From positions 36,306-100,305 of the forward strand of contig WELA01000694.1 of assembly GCA_009602735.1 (NCBI GenBank): 64,000 bases of DNA, read 5' to 3'. Below the pieces are notes generated by a model. That model made no database searches. It saw nothing but the letters and a program-made list of their open reading frames with translations, and was not told the DNA's origin. Position numbers and translations under genes: made by a program. This stretch comes from Mesotaenium endlicherianum. Its lineage: Eukaryota. Positions 37,765-50,048 of this stretch are shown here, in pieces (position 1 is the stretch's first letter; each line of letters starts with the position of its first letter).

Positions 37765-38706
37765 TGTAACGATTTGAGCTTTTTAGGCGTATTTGGGACG
37801 TTTTCCCAATTACCTAAAATACGTAATACTAATTATCATAAGTTATTTGATAAATGATTGCATCACATTGAATTATTCGCCACACACGTGTGCCGATTAA
37901 TTCCCGGTCGATTGGCGAAACGACCGAGATACTATTGTAAAAAGCGTCGTAACGTAATTTGACTACTTCGCAAAAGTACGACATAATTATTCATAAAGTT
38001 ACTTTGAATAATTATGAGATGATAATTTGATTAATCATTGTTTGATTAAGTTATTTTGATTGTCATTGTTACGAATAATGGACAATCACAGATTTCGGAT
38101 TACGACTAGTCGTAATACGAAGAAACTGTCGTATCATTAATACGAACAAACAGTCGTAAAGTCAAACGAAGCGAAATATGCAAAGTCGCTTTGCATCCGA
38201 GCGGATTCGAACCCGCGACTTTCGTTTGAAACGTTCACAGCTAACCAATTGGCCAAAGTAGCTTCTTAAACTACCGGTTCATGACGAAAGCATGTGTACG
38301 CGACTCCGCGATCAATCGCGACTTTTTCGGAAAGTCGCGAGAACGCGAAAACGCCCGTTTGGCGCGAAACGGTTTTTCGGAAACCGTCGAAAAGTCTCCA
38401 AACGGCCAACGGCGCGTTTCGAGCATTCGGCCGAATGGGACACGTCCCTTCGACCGTTTTCGTTGAACATGAACCAGTGCCCTAGCTGGTGACTCGAAGC
38501 ACTCCAGTGCCTCATGTTGTGCAGGTATAAATACCTACAGAGTCATTGTGAGTGCAACTCTCACAAGTACACATTCTACGTTAGTTTTCACTTTTGCTCT
38601 TTCGAGTATTCGTCAATTTCCACAAGTATACAGATTTTCCTCCCACTTGAATTAAATATTCCTTGAATACCGAGAAAAGATCCTCTCGAAAAGCAGAAAC
38701 GTCACA
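37765..38706. mobile_element. Solo LTR (942 bp) of an unrelated family inserted in element A gag
   Basis: TGTAACG...CGTCACA termini; 5-bp TSD CTCTA at 37760-37764 and 38707-38711; TATA-like tataaata near 38526. Confidence 0.88.
38193..38262 (-). ncRNA. Degenerate tRNA-like segment (Pol III A and B boxes) inside the solo LTR
   Basis: Minus strand reads GCTACTT-TGGCCAATTGG-TTAGC...GCG-GGTTCGAATCC-GCTCGGATGC; 70 nt with tRNA-like box spacing, but the acceptor stem does not pair. Confidence 0.55.
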
Positions 38707-39417
38707 CTCTAATTTTTGATTTAAGAAAAAGAGTGAAGGGCTGTTGAAATTGCGGAAAATCGGGACATCAGAAGAGAGATTGTCCGTACCCGGATGCTAA
38801 GCAACTATCTGCTAGCAAGGCGCAGATATGCGCACATTGCAGCAAGAAGGGACACTCAGAAGACGAGTGCTGGTCTAAGAATCCAAATCTAAAGCCACCA
38901 TGGGCAAATGCTGCCACGAAAGAGGCAGACAAGGAGAAAAAGAAAGAAAAGGGTAGCTCCGGTAATCGTAAGGATAACCAAAAGTATGACGCTATGAGTG
39001 CGGAAATCGCTGAGTTGAAAGCTCAAGTTGCGAAACTAAATGCGCCTAATGTCTACTATGATGCAGTTGTTGCAGAAAAGATTGTCTGCGAAGGCGAGAA
39101 GTTGACGCCTGAGAAGGCTGTGGGTACAACGGCTGCCGAGCGAGCAAATCACGGCTGTCTGGTACCAAGGAATGAAGCTTCCTCAGACTTTCCGGATCAC
39201 TCTGGATGAAAATGAGATCTCGCAGCTGCGACAAGCCAGGCCAGGGACGCGTAAGACATTTAGTTTTTCGCTGGAGAAGCTGAAGGCCCTGGTGGAACAC
39301 CGGATCCAGCATGCTCCTTTGCTTTCTCTCGCTGATTTTCATATCATCTACCCGTTTACGGTTGAAGAAGCCGAACATTAGCTGGATATAGCTGAGGAGG
39401 GTGCAAACAGCGCCTCA

Positions 39418-39819
39418 TTGCCTACCAATTTCAGCACCGTGAGAGTGCAAAATAGGGATGGTGCACTACTATTCAACAATTGGGCAGCCCCCAACATTCC
39501 GTTGGATACGGGTGCACAGCCAGTCATCCTGGGAAAGCGAGTTGTGAAAGCTCTAGGATTGACCGCAAGGAACATGAAAGAGAGTCCTTTCCAGTTGAGG
39601 ACTGCCTCAGGGCAAGTCACAAAGTCTTGTGGGATTACTCGCAAGCCTGTGGAAATCACAGTAAATTTAGGGAAACTTGAAGAGGCGTCACTACTCATGG
39701 AGTGCACAGTGACAGAGGCAGAGAACTATGATGCTCTCTTGGGAACAGAAGCACTGATTCCCTTGGGTATGGTCATTGATCTGCGCAAGCAGAGAGTGAC
39801 TTACCAGTCAACAGATTAG
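39418..39819 (+). pseudogene. Element A aspartic protease
   Basis: IPLDTGAQPVILG, LRTASGQ, YDALLGTEAL retropepsin motifs. Confidence 0.85.
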
Positions 39820-40152
39820 CAGCCGGCAGGAGAAAATCCCGTGAAGATGGTTTGCACAGGAGAAGCAAACTACGGGCTGCTAGACTGCTGCGTTAACAAC
39901 AGGTACCCAGAATCTTGCGACAACATCATGAAGCACGAAGTGGAAAGCTATACGAGCATCAACATGCCAACACCCTTGGTATGGCAATCTTGGAGTCTGG
40001 AGCAACTAAAAACTGTGAGTAACAGGGACCGCGGCCTGCAAGAGCTGCTGCCAGTACCTTACCCAGTTACCTCTGCTGCAAACCTGATGCCGGGAGTTGA
40101 GCCGCTGCCGCAAGGCATTATCAGGATGGGAGATCCTTTTTGTAAAAGGGGA

Positions 40153-41100
40153 GTGGTGGTGTTGGAATTGTTCGCCGGACTTGGGTCTGGGATCATAGCA
40201 TTGATCCAGCGAGGGATACAGGTGGCCAAAGTACTGTATGTGGACAATGATGACCACGCTTTTTGAGCACTCAGAAAAGTCATGAGTCAGATGTGGCAAA
40301 TGCATCACTTTCAGGGGTTGGTGCCCCCATACTCCAATGTTGAGCGCATCGCTAGAGGCAACATTATTGATGTGAAGCCTGAAGACCTGTATGGCTACAC
40401 GATTGACTGGATCTTTGCTGGATTTCCTTGTCAACCGTTTCCCAAAGTTGGGAACCGGAGGGGATTCAGTGATCCACAAGCACACTGGGAATGGATGGTG
40501 AAAATCATCAGCATGTTGCGGGAACGTCAGCACTATCACCCACCAGTGTTTGTGATTGAGAACGTGCATCTAGGAATGGATTACAAGCAGATGAAACCGG
40601 GAGAGCCATGGCTGATTTTTGACTCCACATTGGGACATCTTGTGCTAATCAACGACGCCAAGCACAAAGAATTATCCCATAGGGCCAGATAATTTTGGAC
40701 CAACGGCATCTCTATTGAGATCCTGTGAGAGATGGAGGACCTTATACGACGATCACCGACGGCATTGTCAGTGGGAGAGGCGCTGGCAGTACGTACCAGG
40801 CCAGTGACCAGGAGGGACTCCTATCCATAGTGCGTCATCAACGAACCAGGTCAGCCAAGGGTGGTACTGCCTACCTTCACAGCATATCCACGATCCCAAG
40901 CCTTCATAGGTGGTGGACCAGGAATGGTCAAAGACATGCATAAAAGAGATGCCGTTTGGAGAGAGCCTACTGCAATGGAGAAGGGAAACTGCCTTGGAAT
41001 ACCTGACACCAAAGCTCGGCAGATAGTCGGTGCTGTAGGGTCAGATGAAGCTGCGAAGATTTTTGGCAACATGATTGGACAGCACTCTATGACTTGGCTG
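40153..41100 (+). pseudogene. Element A-encoded C5 DNA cytosine methyltransferase domain (premature stops)
   Basis: Motif I VLELFAGLG (~40159), motif II-like YVD, motif IV AGFPCQPF (~40417), motif VI FVIENV (~40549), motif VIII HRAR*FWTN (~40678), motif IX-like REPTAMEKGNCLGIP, motif X-like IFGNMIG; all in the protease reading frame. Confidence 0.88.
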
Positions 41101-42762
41101 GTGGAGACACTCATGACGTGGCAGCAATTGACCTTCACCAACAAGCCTATGCCGAGGCCAAGATCAGGGACAATTGGGGCCAATGTGGTGCCAACATCTG
41201 ATCAGAGGGCTGTCAACATCGCACATCAGCAACAAGAAGAATGCGGTGCGCAAAGAGACAATGCGGCAGCTGCCAGAGACAGAGCATCAGGGAAGCTGAA
41301 GTAGCTGAACTGAGAGATGCCAAGATCTGTTGGACTGGATCGATAACCGGACCGCTGAATTACAAGCACCTCTGGAAAGAGAGGATACACCCATGAGGGA
41401 CCAGGCGCTTGAGCAGACGACGCCGTTGCCAAGCGCAGAATACGATACGCAGGACATCCCGTCATCTCTGAGAAACGCCACTCACAGTCAGATATTTGGG
41501 AGTCCATCTCCCGAAGCCACGACATCAAGGCGTGATGAGACCCTAGACGATGCCAGATCAGGGTATAATACCAACCTCAGCCCAAGAGCAGCTGGGCGCG
41601 GAAACCACTAGCAAGAAAGCTCAAGTAGCTGGGAAGCTAACCAAAAGTGTCCAGCGTCTTCACCAGAGCAAGCGCCGTTACAAGATATGTCAGAGGAGTC
41701 TGAGAAGAAGACCCCTGAGCCAATACTTGAAGACTTTAATTACTATTTAAACCAAGCATCAGTGCAAGAACGCCAGTGCAATATTGGTAAATGGGCCAAA
41801 GAGAGTAGCCAAAATTTAGGAGATTCTAGAGGATCTGCAAAGACCATATGCCTCTAAGTGATATTCGAAGAAAGTAAAGAGGAGTCAGGCAAGCAATTGT
41901 CCACAACACCTTCTTTGATGAGCCTAGAGCCACAGGCTAAGGGGCAACAGCAGGGTTCAGCCAGTCAGACAGCTGAAACCATTGCAAGGCAGATCATGGA
42001 GCAGCTCGTGACAGCAGACGCTAGATGGCACAAGGAAGAGTGTAATGAATCAGTATATTAGTTGACATAATATTCATTTAAATAATTTAGTTAAATAAGT
42101 TCAGCCTGCTGAACTCTAGTTAATGATCAGTCTGTTGGACTTTATATTTAATATCAGTTTAATGACTCGGCCCGATGTAGCAGGCTGAGGTCACCTTAAG
42201 TCAGCTTGCTGACACATTCTTTGACAGCCAGCTGACTTCCGTACTCGGTAGCAGCGAACTGCCTCGATATGCATCTAAGTGTGGTATGCTAGATGAATGG
42301 CCAGATGACATCCCTATGATGGATGACGATTCGGGATGATGGGACATGGCGGTGGATTTGGTTAACCGAGGTCCTACCAACGTGGTCAACTCCCGGGTAG
42401 GCGGTGCCATCACACTGGCCGTTGAACAGTAAACTCATTCCATGTACATATGCTAGGCATTGCTCTCGAGTTCGGCATTCGAAAACGAGGCCAACTCTCT
42501 TGTACAGCTTACTGAGAGAGATCTGAATCCAAGGCGAGAAGCCATTGATACGCACTGTCTTCTAACCTTGCTTATGTATGAGTTTACTGATTTGCATTAT
42601 TGATGCTAGTTTACTCGCATTTGACTTACGAGTATTATTCACTGCTAGTGTGTTGTCCTTTGCCGTTTAACCAGTTAACGGAAAATACCATAAAGATTAC
42701 TTGCTGATATAAAGATCTTTATTAATTGTTAATCGCCTATTTGGTAAGTCGATTCATTTCAG

Positions 42763-42774
42763 TGGTATCGGAGC
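42763..42774 (+). promoter_or_regulatory. Primer-binding site of element B (initiator tRNA-Met type)
   Basis: TGGTATCGGAGC one base after the 5' LTR; one mismatch to the usual TGGTATCAGAGC. Confidence 0.9.
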
Positions 42775-42795
42775 AATTATCACAATCTTCTTTGT

Positions 42796-44256
42796 ATGGT
42801 AAAGACAAGGTCTCAAACTAGCAACTCCCGAGACATGGAAAACCGGGATAACGAGAATGTCGAAAACCAGGCGGAAAGCCATGTAGCGGGAACCCGTACC
42901 TATTCTGAGGCAGTAGCAGATACTGCAGCTAGAGAGGCTGCAGATGAGGCAGCTGCTATTGCCGCAGTCGCAGCACAGCAAGCTGAGGAGGAGAGAGCCA
43001 GATTAGAAGCTGAACAAGTAGCAAAGGCCGCTGAAATACAGAAAGGAGGGAAGGACAGCCAGCTGATGAGCGCACTGTTGAAGAACTTATGGCATCAAGG
43101 GCCAATGTTCTGAACCCACCTTCTGCTGTACAACTCAATGTACCCCTAGGTCAAATACGTGACCAACTGAATGCGACAGGAATTGCTGCTGCAGGAGCGA
43201 AAGGGATTGTTGAGGACACTACTCAGCGAGTAGATGCCAATGCTGCTGCTGCTGCATTTGCTAATCTACCGCCCCAAAGTGTAGACTTGGGAGCATTGTT
43301 CGTTCAGATGCAGTCGCAAATGGCGACCATGTACCAGTCCCAGCAGGAGGACAAAAGAATAATTATGTCCCTACTTCGGGACAGAGACCAACTGGGGAGT
43401 CAAACCACTAGTGGTGGTGGCCGAGGGCCTAGTAAGCCCAAGCCGAAACCTCCCCAGGACTATGACCCTGAGGGAAATAGAAAATATTACCTGATCAAGT
43501 TACTCGCGGATGTTGAGCAGTGGCTGGAGAACTACCCGGAACTGCAAGATCACGAGAAGGTCAGGCACACCGGTGCGCTACTGAAAGGCAGTGCCGCAGA
43601 CTGGTGGCTTTACTGGAAGGAAGAGCGTAAGGCTCGGCAACTCGGTGACCCTACGTGGGTAGAGTTTGTCGAGAAGTTGCATGAGAAGTTTGATGTCATC
43701 AACCAGCAGGAGAAAGCTATCTATGCGATGATCTCCCTGACACTGAAGCAGACCACTTCAGTTGCTGAGTTTGCTCAAAAGTTCCAAGAGAACATGATGA
43801 AGCAGCCAGATTTGCCAGAACGGTATAGGATAGCATACTTCAGGTATGGCTTGAAATCCGAGGTCTCTGGTCATTTTGCTGAGAAAAAGTATGAGAAACT
43901 GGCTGACTTGATCCAGGATGCTGATGCCTGGGATCAGCAGCAGTTCAATCACAAGCGCCAGAGTAATGCTTTGGTGTCTAAGGTTGTCAAAAAGCCCCAC
44001 GGTTCCTACAATGCAATTGAAGGAGACCAGGCTGAGGATGATGAGGGTGATGGATAGGAGTATGAGTATAATGCCATACAGTCTAGAGGTAGAGGTAATT
44101 TCTCTCGAGGCGGCCATGGAAGAGGTGGTGGTAGGACTAAGCCGAGACCAGCCTCAACAAAATCCACTTGCTACCATTGTCAGCAGCCAGGTCACTTCAG
44201 AGAGCAGTTTTCAGTCAAGCACCTTCCTAAGGTCGAGAGAAAAGACCAGCCTTTAA
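42796..44256 (+). pseudogene. gag: Element B gag (frameshift and stops)
   Basis: MVKTRSQ start; LLKGSAADWW, PTWVEFVEKLHEKF, LKQTTSVAEFAQKFQ; zinc-knuckle remnant CYHCQQPGHFREQ near 44168. Confidence 0.88.
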
Positions 44257-44344
44257 AAGACAGCAACAGTCAGTAATCCAGTCTACTAACTGTGAGGATG
44301 CTAGAAACAGTGAGTCGTCACTAGCTGCCCTCGTAGCAGGTATT

Positions 44345-47300
44345 GTGGGTCCTGCTGAATTGGATTCACTATGCATGCCTGACAACCAGATAAAGGAGAC
44401 CATCAGTAATATAGACGTCCAGAGAGTGCACACTCTGGATGCTCTTGTTCCACCTGATGTCCAACATTTCTTTGCTACGTCAGGAGAACAATGCGAAAGT
44501 CAGGAAAAGACAGTCCCCCCTATCCTACTGCATTGCATGATTGCAGGTAGGAAGGTGAGGGCATTTGTTGACGGAGGGGCGTCACATACTTTTATCCACA
44601 AGGACTTAGTTAAGCGGCTAAGGCTGCCTACTGTCACCCAAGGGAATAGAAAAAAATTCCTTGGAGATGCCTCAAGTATCCCGGGAGGAGTTATAACCAA
44701 GCCTATTGAGGTCCAGTTAGGTTCTGGCATTGCAGTTCTAACTGAAACGCTTACATTTGAGGTACTCAACACTGGCTTTTATGATCTCGTGCTAGGCAGG
44801 TCCTGGCTTAATAGACATCAAGCTGAAGTGTGTTGGAGCAGAGGTACAGTTAAAGTGAGAGGAGCCAGTGATGGGCAGACTGACTTGGCACCCACCAGTG
44901 CTCTTCCTCTTGTCCTGTGTGGATGGCAAATGAAGGAAAAGAAGAGGCGTCCAGAAGGATGCAAATTGCTGAATGCAATGGAGTTCGTCAAAAGCTGGAA
45001 CCGGAAGGAAGACAGAATGTTCTGTCTGCTGCTAAGAGAGGTACCTCCTCAACCTGAAGAAGTGGTTGAGAAAAAGGTAAGCCCTCCGGAGCACCCTACT
45101 GCTGCAAACATTGTTGCTCAGTACACGGATGTGTTTAATATGCCTCCAGGACTACCCCCTAAGCGGGAAGTAGATCATAGGATTGATTTATTACCTGGTA
45201 GCCAGCCACCCTGGCAACGCACATATGGCTTATCTTATGTGGAGAGCGAGGAGTTGAAAACACAGATTGCAGAGCTTGAGGAAAATGGTTATATTTCTCC
45301 CAGTAAATCNNNNNNCGAACGGCGCACCCAACCTATTTGTTAAGAAAAAGGATGGCAGTATGCGAATGTGTGTGGATTACAGAGCCTTGAACAGAATTAC
45401 AGTAAAGAACAAGTATGCTTCACCCAGAATCAAGAACTTGCTTGATACCTTGTCTGGTGCTAAGGTGTTCAGTAAGATAGATCTCAAGAGTGGTTATCAT
45501 CAAATCAGAATTGCTGAGGGGGATGAACACAAGACTGCTTTCCGCACACGTTATGGACACTATGAGTTCAACGTGATGCCATTTGGACTGACTAATGCTC
45601 CTGCTACCTTTATGGGTGCTATGAATGACATTTTCAGACCTTATTTGGATAAGTTTGTGCAAGTTTTCCTGGATGATATTTTAATCTTCTCTAAAGATGA
45701 AGCTCAGCACACTGAACACTTAAAAGCAGTCCTGGACACTCTGCGGAAAAATCACTTATATGCTAAAATGAGCAAGTGTGATTTCTTTAAGGAAAGTATT
45801 GAATTCTTAGGCCACGTTGTCAGTAAAGAGGGCATCAGTGTGCATCCTAAGAAAGTCCAGACCATAAGGGACTGGCCAGTACCACAGTCTGTCTCTGAAG
45901 TTAGATCCTTCCTCGGGTTGGCTAACTACTATAGGAGATTTATTGAGAATTATTCCACAAAGGCCAGTAAACTGACTGACCTTACTAAGAAAGACATCGG
46001 GTATGTGTGGGGGGAAGAGCAGCAGGCTGCCTTCCAGACCCTTAAAGATGCCCTTTGTTCTGCCCCAGTGCTAGCCGTGTATGACCCCAGCAAACCGGTG
46101 CAGGTGGTTACTGATGCCTCTGATTTTGCCATGGGTGCTATTTTGTTGCAGCCTGCTGACAAAACCACAAAGGATGGTAAGGTACGGCAGGAGTGGCATC
46201 CTGTGTTGTATGAGTCTATGAAATTTAATCCAGCGGAGATTAATTACTCAGTGCATGATAAAGAGCTGCTAGCTATCATTCATGTACTCAAACAGTGGAG
46301 AGCATACTTACATGGTAAAGCTTTTAAGGTGATTACAGATCATCTAGCTCTGACCCACTTTCAGAAGAAGTCCAAGCTGTCGAGGAGGGAGAACCGCTGG
46401 AGCCAGATGCTGGAGCAGTTCCAAGTCCAGATCGACTACAAACCAGGGAAGTTGAATCCTGCTGATGCACTCTCTAGAAGACCTGACTTGCAAGAAAGGA
46501 ACTTTAGTCAGCATACTGTAGATAAAGTCCTGTGTGCACTCACTTCACTAAAGGTGAAAAAGTCCTTCCTTGAACAACTTAGGAAAGCCTACCTTTCTGA
46601 CCCAACATTTGAGCCCAGCCCCACTACTGGTATGTGTCGTGCTACCGCACTCGGGTATAAGCTCAAGGGAGGGGTCTGGGTGACTGAAACCACTTCAGGC
46701 AGGCTGAAGCTGGTCATTCCTAATAATTTGGAAATAAGGTCTCTCTTACTGAGTCAAGCTCATGACAGTCTCCTGGGTGGACATTTGGGGCAGGCCAAAA
46801 CTGTTGGCAAACTGGCAAAACATTATCATTGGGAGGGGTTACCCCGGGAGGTCTTGAAATATGTCAAGTCCTGTGACCAGTGTCAGAGAAATAAGTCTCG
46901 GCACACACCACCCGGAGGTCTCTTGCAACCGCTACCCATCCCAGCGGGACGCTGGGAAACTATATCCATGGACTGGGTGGTCTCACTACCAAGAACTGCC
47001 AACGGGCATGATTCAATACTGGTAGTCGTGGATAAACTGACAAAAATGGTCATTTTTATCCCCACAACTGTCAAAGTGACTGCACTCGAAACAGCGAGAC
47101 AGTTTTACAACCATGTAGTATGCCAACATGGGCTCCCTTCTAATATCATCTCAGACAGAGACTCAAAATTCACCTCTAAGTTCTGGAGAGCTTTAATGGG
47201 GTTAATGGGAGTCAAACAGCTGCTCAGCACAGCAAACCACCCTGAGACTGATGGGCAGACTGAACGAACTAACCGAGTTCTGCAGGAGGTGCTGAGAGCA

Positions 47301-48065
47301 TATATTAACCAAAAACAAGATAATTGGGATGACCTGTTGCCTCAAATTCAGTTTGCGGTCAACAGTGCGGTGCACACGTCAACGGGCAAGAATCCTGTTG
47401 AACTGAGCCTGGGTAGAGTCCCTAAGTCTCCTTTAGATGTACTGGGGGAGTCTTTAACTGACCCTAAAGGGATTGACAACCCGGTCTCCCTCCAGTTAAC
47501 TCAGGAGTTTGCTGACACCCTGTCAGATGTCCAACAAAACCTGCACAAAGCCCAAGAAAACCAACAAAAATACGCTAATCAACACCGTCGGGAGCTGACA
47601 TTTTCTAAGGGGGATTTAGTCAAACTGCACTCTCAGCACCTGTACCTCCCTGGTGTGGTCAAGAAAAAGCTTGGCCCTGTCTGGGTCGGTCCATATCCGG
47701 TGGTGCGTCGTGTCGGTCAGAATGCTTACAAACTGAACATGTCAGCTGAATACAAGGGTCACCCGGTCTTTAATGTCTCCTACCTGGAACCATACATCAA
47801 AGGTAATTCACTGTTCACAGGTCGGTAACCTGTCCAACCGGGACCGGTCCCCGCTGTCCGGCACGGCGATCCTGAGGAATATGAGGTCGAGGAGATTTTA
47901 AACGCTCGCTCGGTCCGTTGATCGTCTAAATATGTCATGAAGTACCTCATCCGATGGAAGGGTTACGATGCCTCTGGGGACACTTGGGAATTTAAAGACC
48001 AGCTGACCAATGCCAAAGGGGCGTTGAAACGGTTCCACCTCCGGGCGGCTGGGACACCGCCCTAA
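44345..48065 (+). pseudogene. pol: Element B pol: protease, RT, RNase H, integrase, chromodomain
   Basis: [74 protein letters not shown]...[33 protein letters not shown]; past stop 47826: EYEVEEIL...YLIRWKGYDASGDTWE. Small N gap at 45310-45315. Confidence 0.95.
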
Positions 48066-48350
48066 CTGTCCCTTCAGTAGACATGGGAAGGTGACAGGAG
48101 GTCCTGTCTCCATATAAGTTGGAGGGGGATGTGACAGTTAGTGACAGTTGTGACAGGCAGCCCACCTTTAAATTTAAGTTGGAGGGAGTGGTAGTTTCTG
48201 ATCACCATATTACACACTCAACCTGCGCTCACACTCACTTGCTCTCTAACTCAATTTTTCCTTACATTCACTCACACCAGGTATTCCACACTAGGAACTC
48301 TCCCGATCGCGTCCCTCTTCATCAAGGGCACTCAGTAGCGGCTAAATATC

Positions 48351-50048
48351 ATGGCTTCACTAACTGCATTGTGTTTATGATTGAGCAGGATGACTCAAAA
48401 GTCGGAACTCAAGAGGAAGAGAAGGGCGGGAGAGGCACATGCAGGATACTTGCAATTCCGTGGAGACATCGAATCATCTTCCATCACCGCGCGGGAATCA
48501 CAACGACTCCAACAACAGCGGGAGGCACAGAAGAAGAAGGAGGAGTAGGAACAGGCCAGACTGAGGCAGGAAGAAATGGACAGAAAAGCTGCAGAGGAGG
48601 CCAAGAAAGCGGAGGAGGAGAGGCAAGCTGAGGAGAAGCGGAAGCAGCAGGCTGAAGAAGAAGAACAGAGGAGAATCAGTAGCTACCGCTACACAGTGCT
48701 GGGCAAGGGCTTTGATCTACTGGAGGAGGCCTTCAAGTATGCCCAGAGGAGCCGCAGTGAGTCGCAGAAGGAAATCCTCCAGAAGGAAGGGGAGACATCC
48801 GAAAACTTTGACAAGTATATAGAGGTCGGCACAGGGCTCCTCCACTACCACGATTATGCCAGGATGGTAGGTTATACCATCGGAGAGGCCAAGGCAATGG
48901 CCCAGGTGAACGAAGCAGAAGCTGTCTCGATACCTGGTATCTGGGGGGCAAATAGGGTCAGGATGATCCCCATGGACGCGGACAGCTTCAAGGACTCAAC
49001 ACCCCATAACAGGTTCAAGGCCATGTACAACGAGGTGGAGAGGAGGAGCTGGGAATTCGTGGCCAGGGAAACCAGTCAGCTGGACTTTGCAGGGCACTGG
49101 TACCCTTGTACTCTCAAAAAGACAGACGCTGCCTTCTTCCAAAAGCCCACTGATTGGCGGTGGATGACCATCAACATGAGGGACCAGCAGAATGACAGGG
49201 CGACGGATGAGGATTTCCTGACAGACCTAAAGGGGAACATAGTATTGCCCCCTCACATTGCGGCTTGGGACCCAAGATTGGATGGAGTCAGAGACTGCAT
49301 GAGCCAAGAGATGCAGGGGGACAGAAGCAGGGCCCGAGAGTCATTCTCCAAAGGGAAGCACGCTTATGCCAAATGGGCAAGTAAGCAGGGGGAAAAGGAC
49401 CTCTATGCGGTCCGGACTCAGCAGCCCCCACCAGCACCCAAAAGGGGAAGGTCAGTAGGATATTCTTTTTCTCGGGAAGAGCTGGAGCAGCTGACAGAAG
49501 AGACCCCAGAAGTCTCAGAGGAACCCGGGGACGGAGAGGAGGAGGAGTCAGAGGAAGACGAGGAGGAAGGCGAGGAGGAGGACACTAGCCCCGCCGTGAT
49601 CCTGACGCCTGCCACATCCCCTATAAGGGAGAAGACGGGGTTGGCCATGCAGCAACTCGCTGAAGAGGAGGATATCACTTGGCTGGGGACTGCCAGAGGA
49701 CAGACCCCATCTCCAGGCAAGGAGACCCAGTCAGACAGGGCAGACAGGAGGGCTGCTCGGGAGATAGCCAGAGGCCTGCCAGCATCTCCCTCGCAGAGAG
49801 GGCATGTACCCTTGGCTCATGTCATGCAACATCCTTCTGGGATGCCGGTATACGTACCTGTCAGTTTGAGGGCTGCCCAGGAGAAGGCTGCCTCCCTCCA
49901 GACTGTGCAGGAGGAAACAGCCCAGTTACTGCGTTCTCCGCGGGGTCCTTACACGGAACCTCCCTCTCTGACAGGCTTCAGAAGACCCCAAGACAGAAGG
50001 AGGTCTGGCTCCCCTGAGTATAGAGCCTCAGGGACATCTCCCTCCTAA
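48351..50048 (+). pseudogene. Element B additional sense ORF between pol and the 3' LTR, unknown function (open from 48576, 490 aa)
   Basis: ATG 48351 is in frame with ORF 48576-50048, separated by two stops (TGA, TAG); charged coiled-coil-like N-terminus, globular-looking middle, acidic and Pro/Ser-rich tail. Confidence 0.7.

Larger units (their letters stand above)
36600..39200 (+). pseudogene. gag: Element A gag, broken by stops and a solo LTR; two CCHC zinc knuckles
   Basis: The frame of ORF 37044-37769 extends upstream through isolated stops; after the solo LTR come C*NCGKSGHQKRDC (~38742) and CAHCSKKGHSEDECW (~38829). Start position approximate. Confidence 0.75.
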
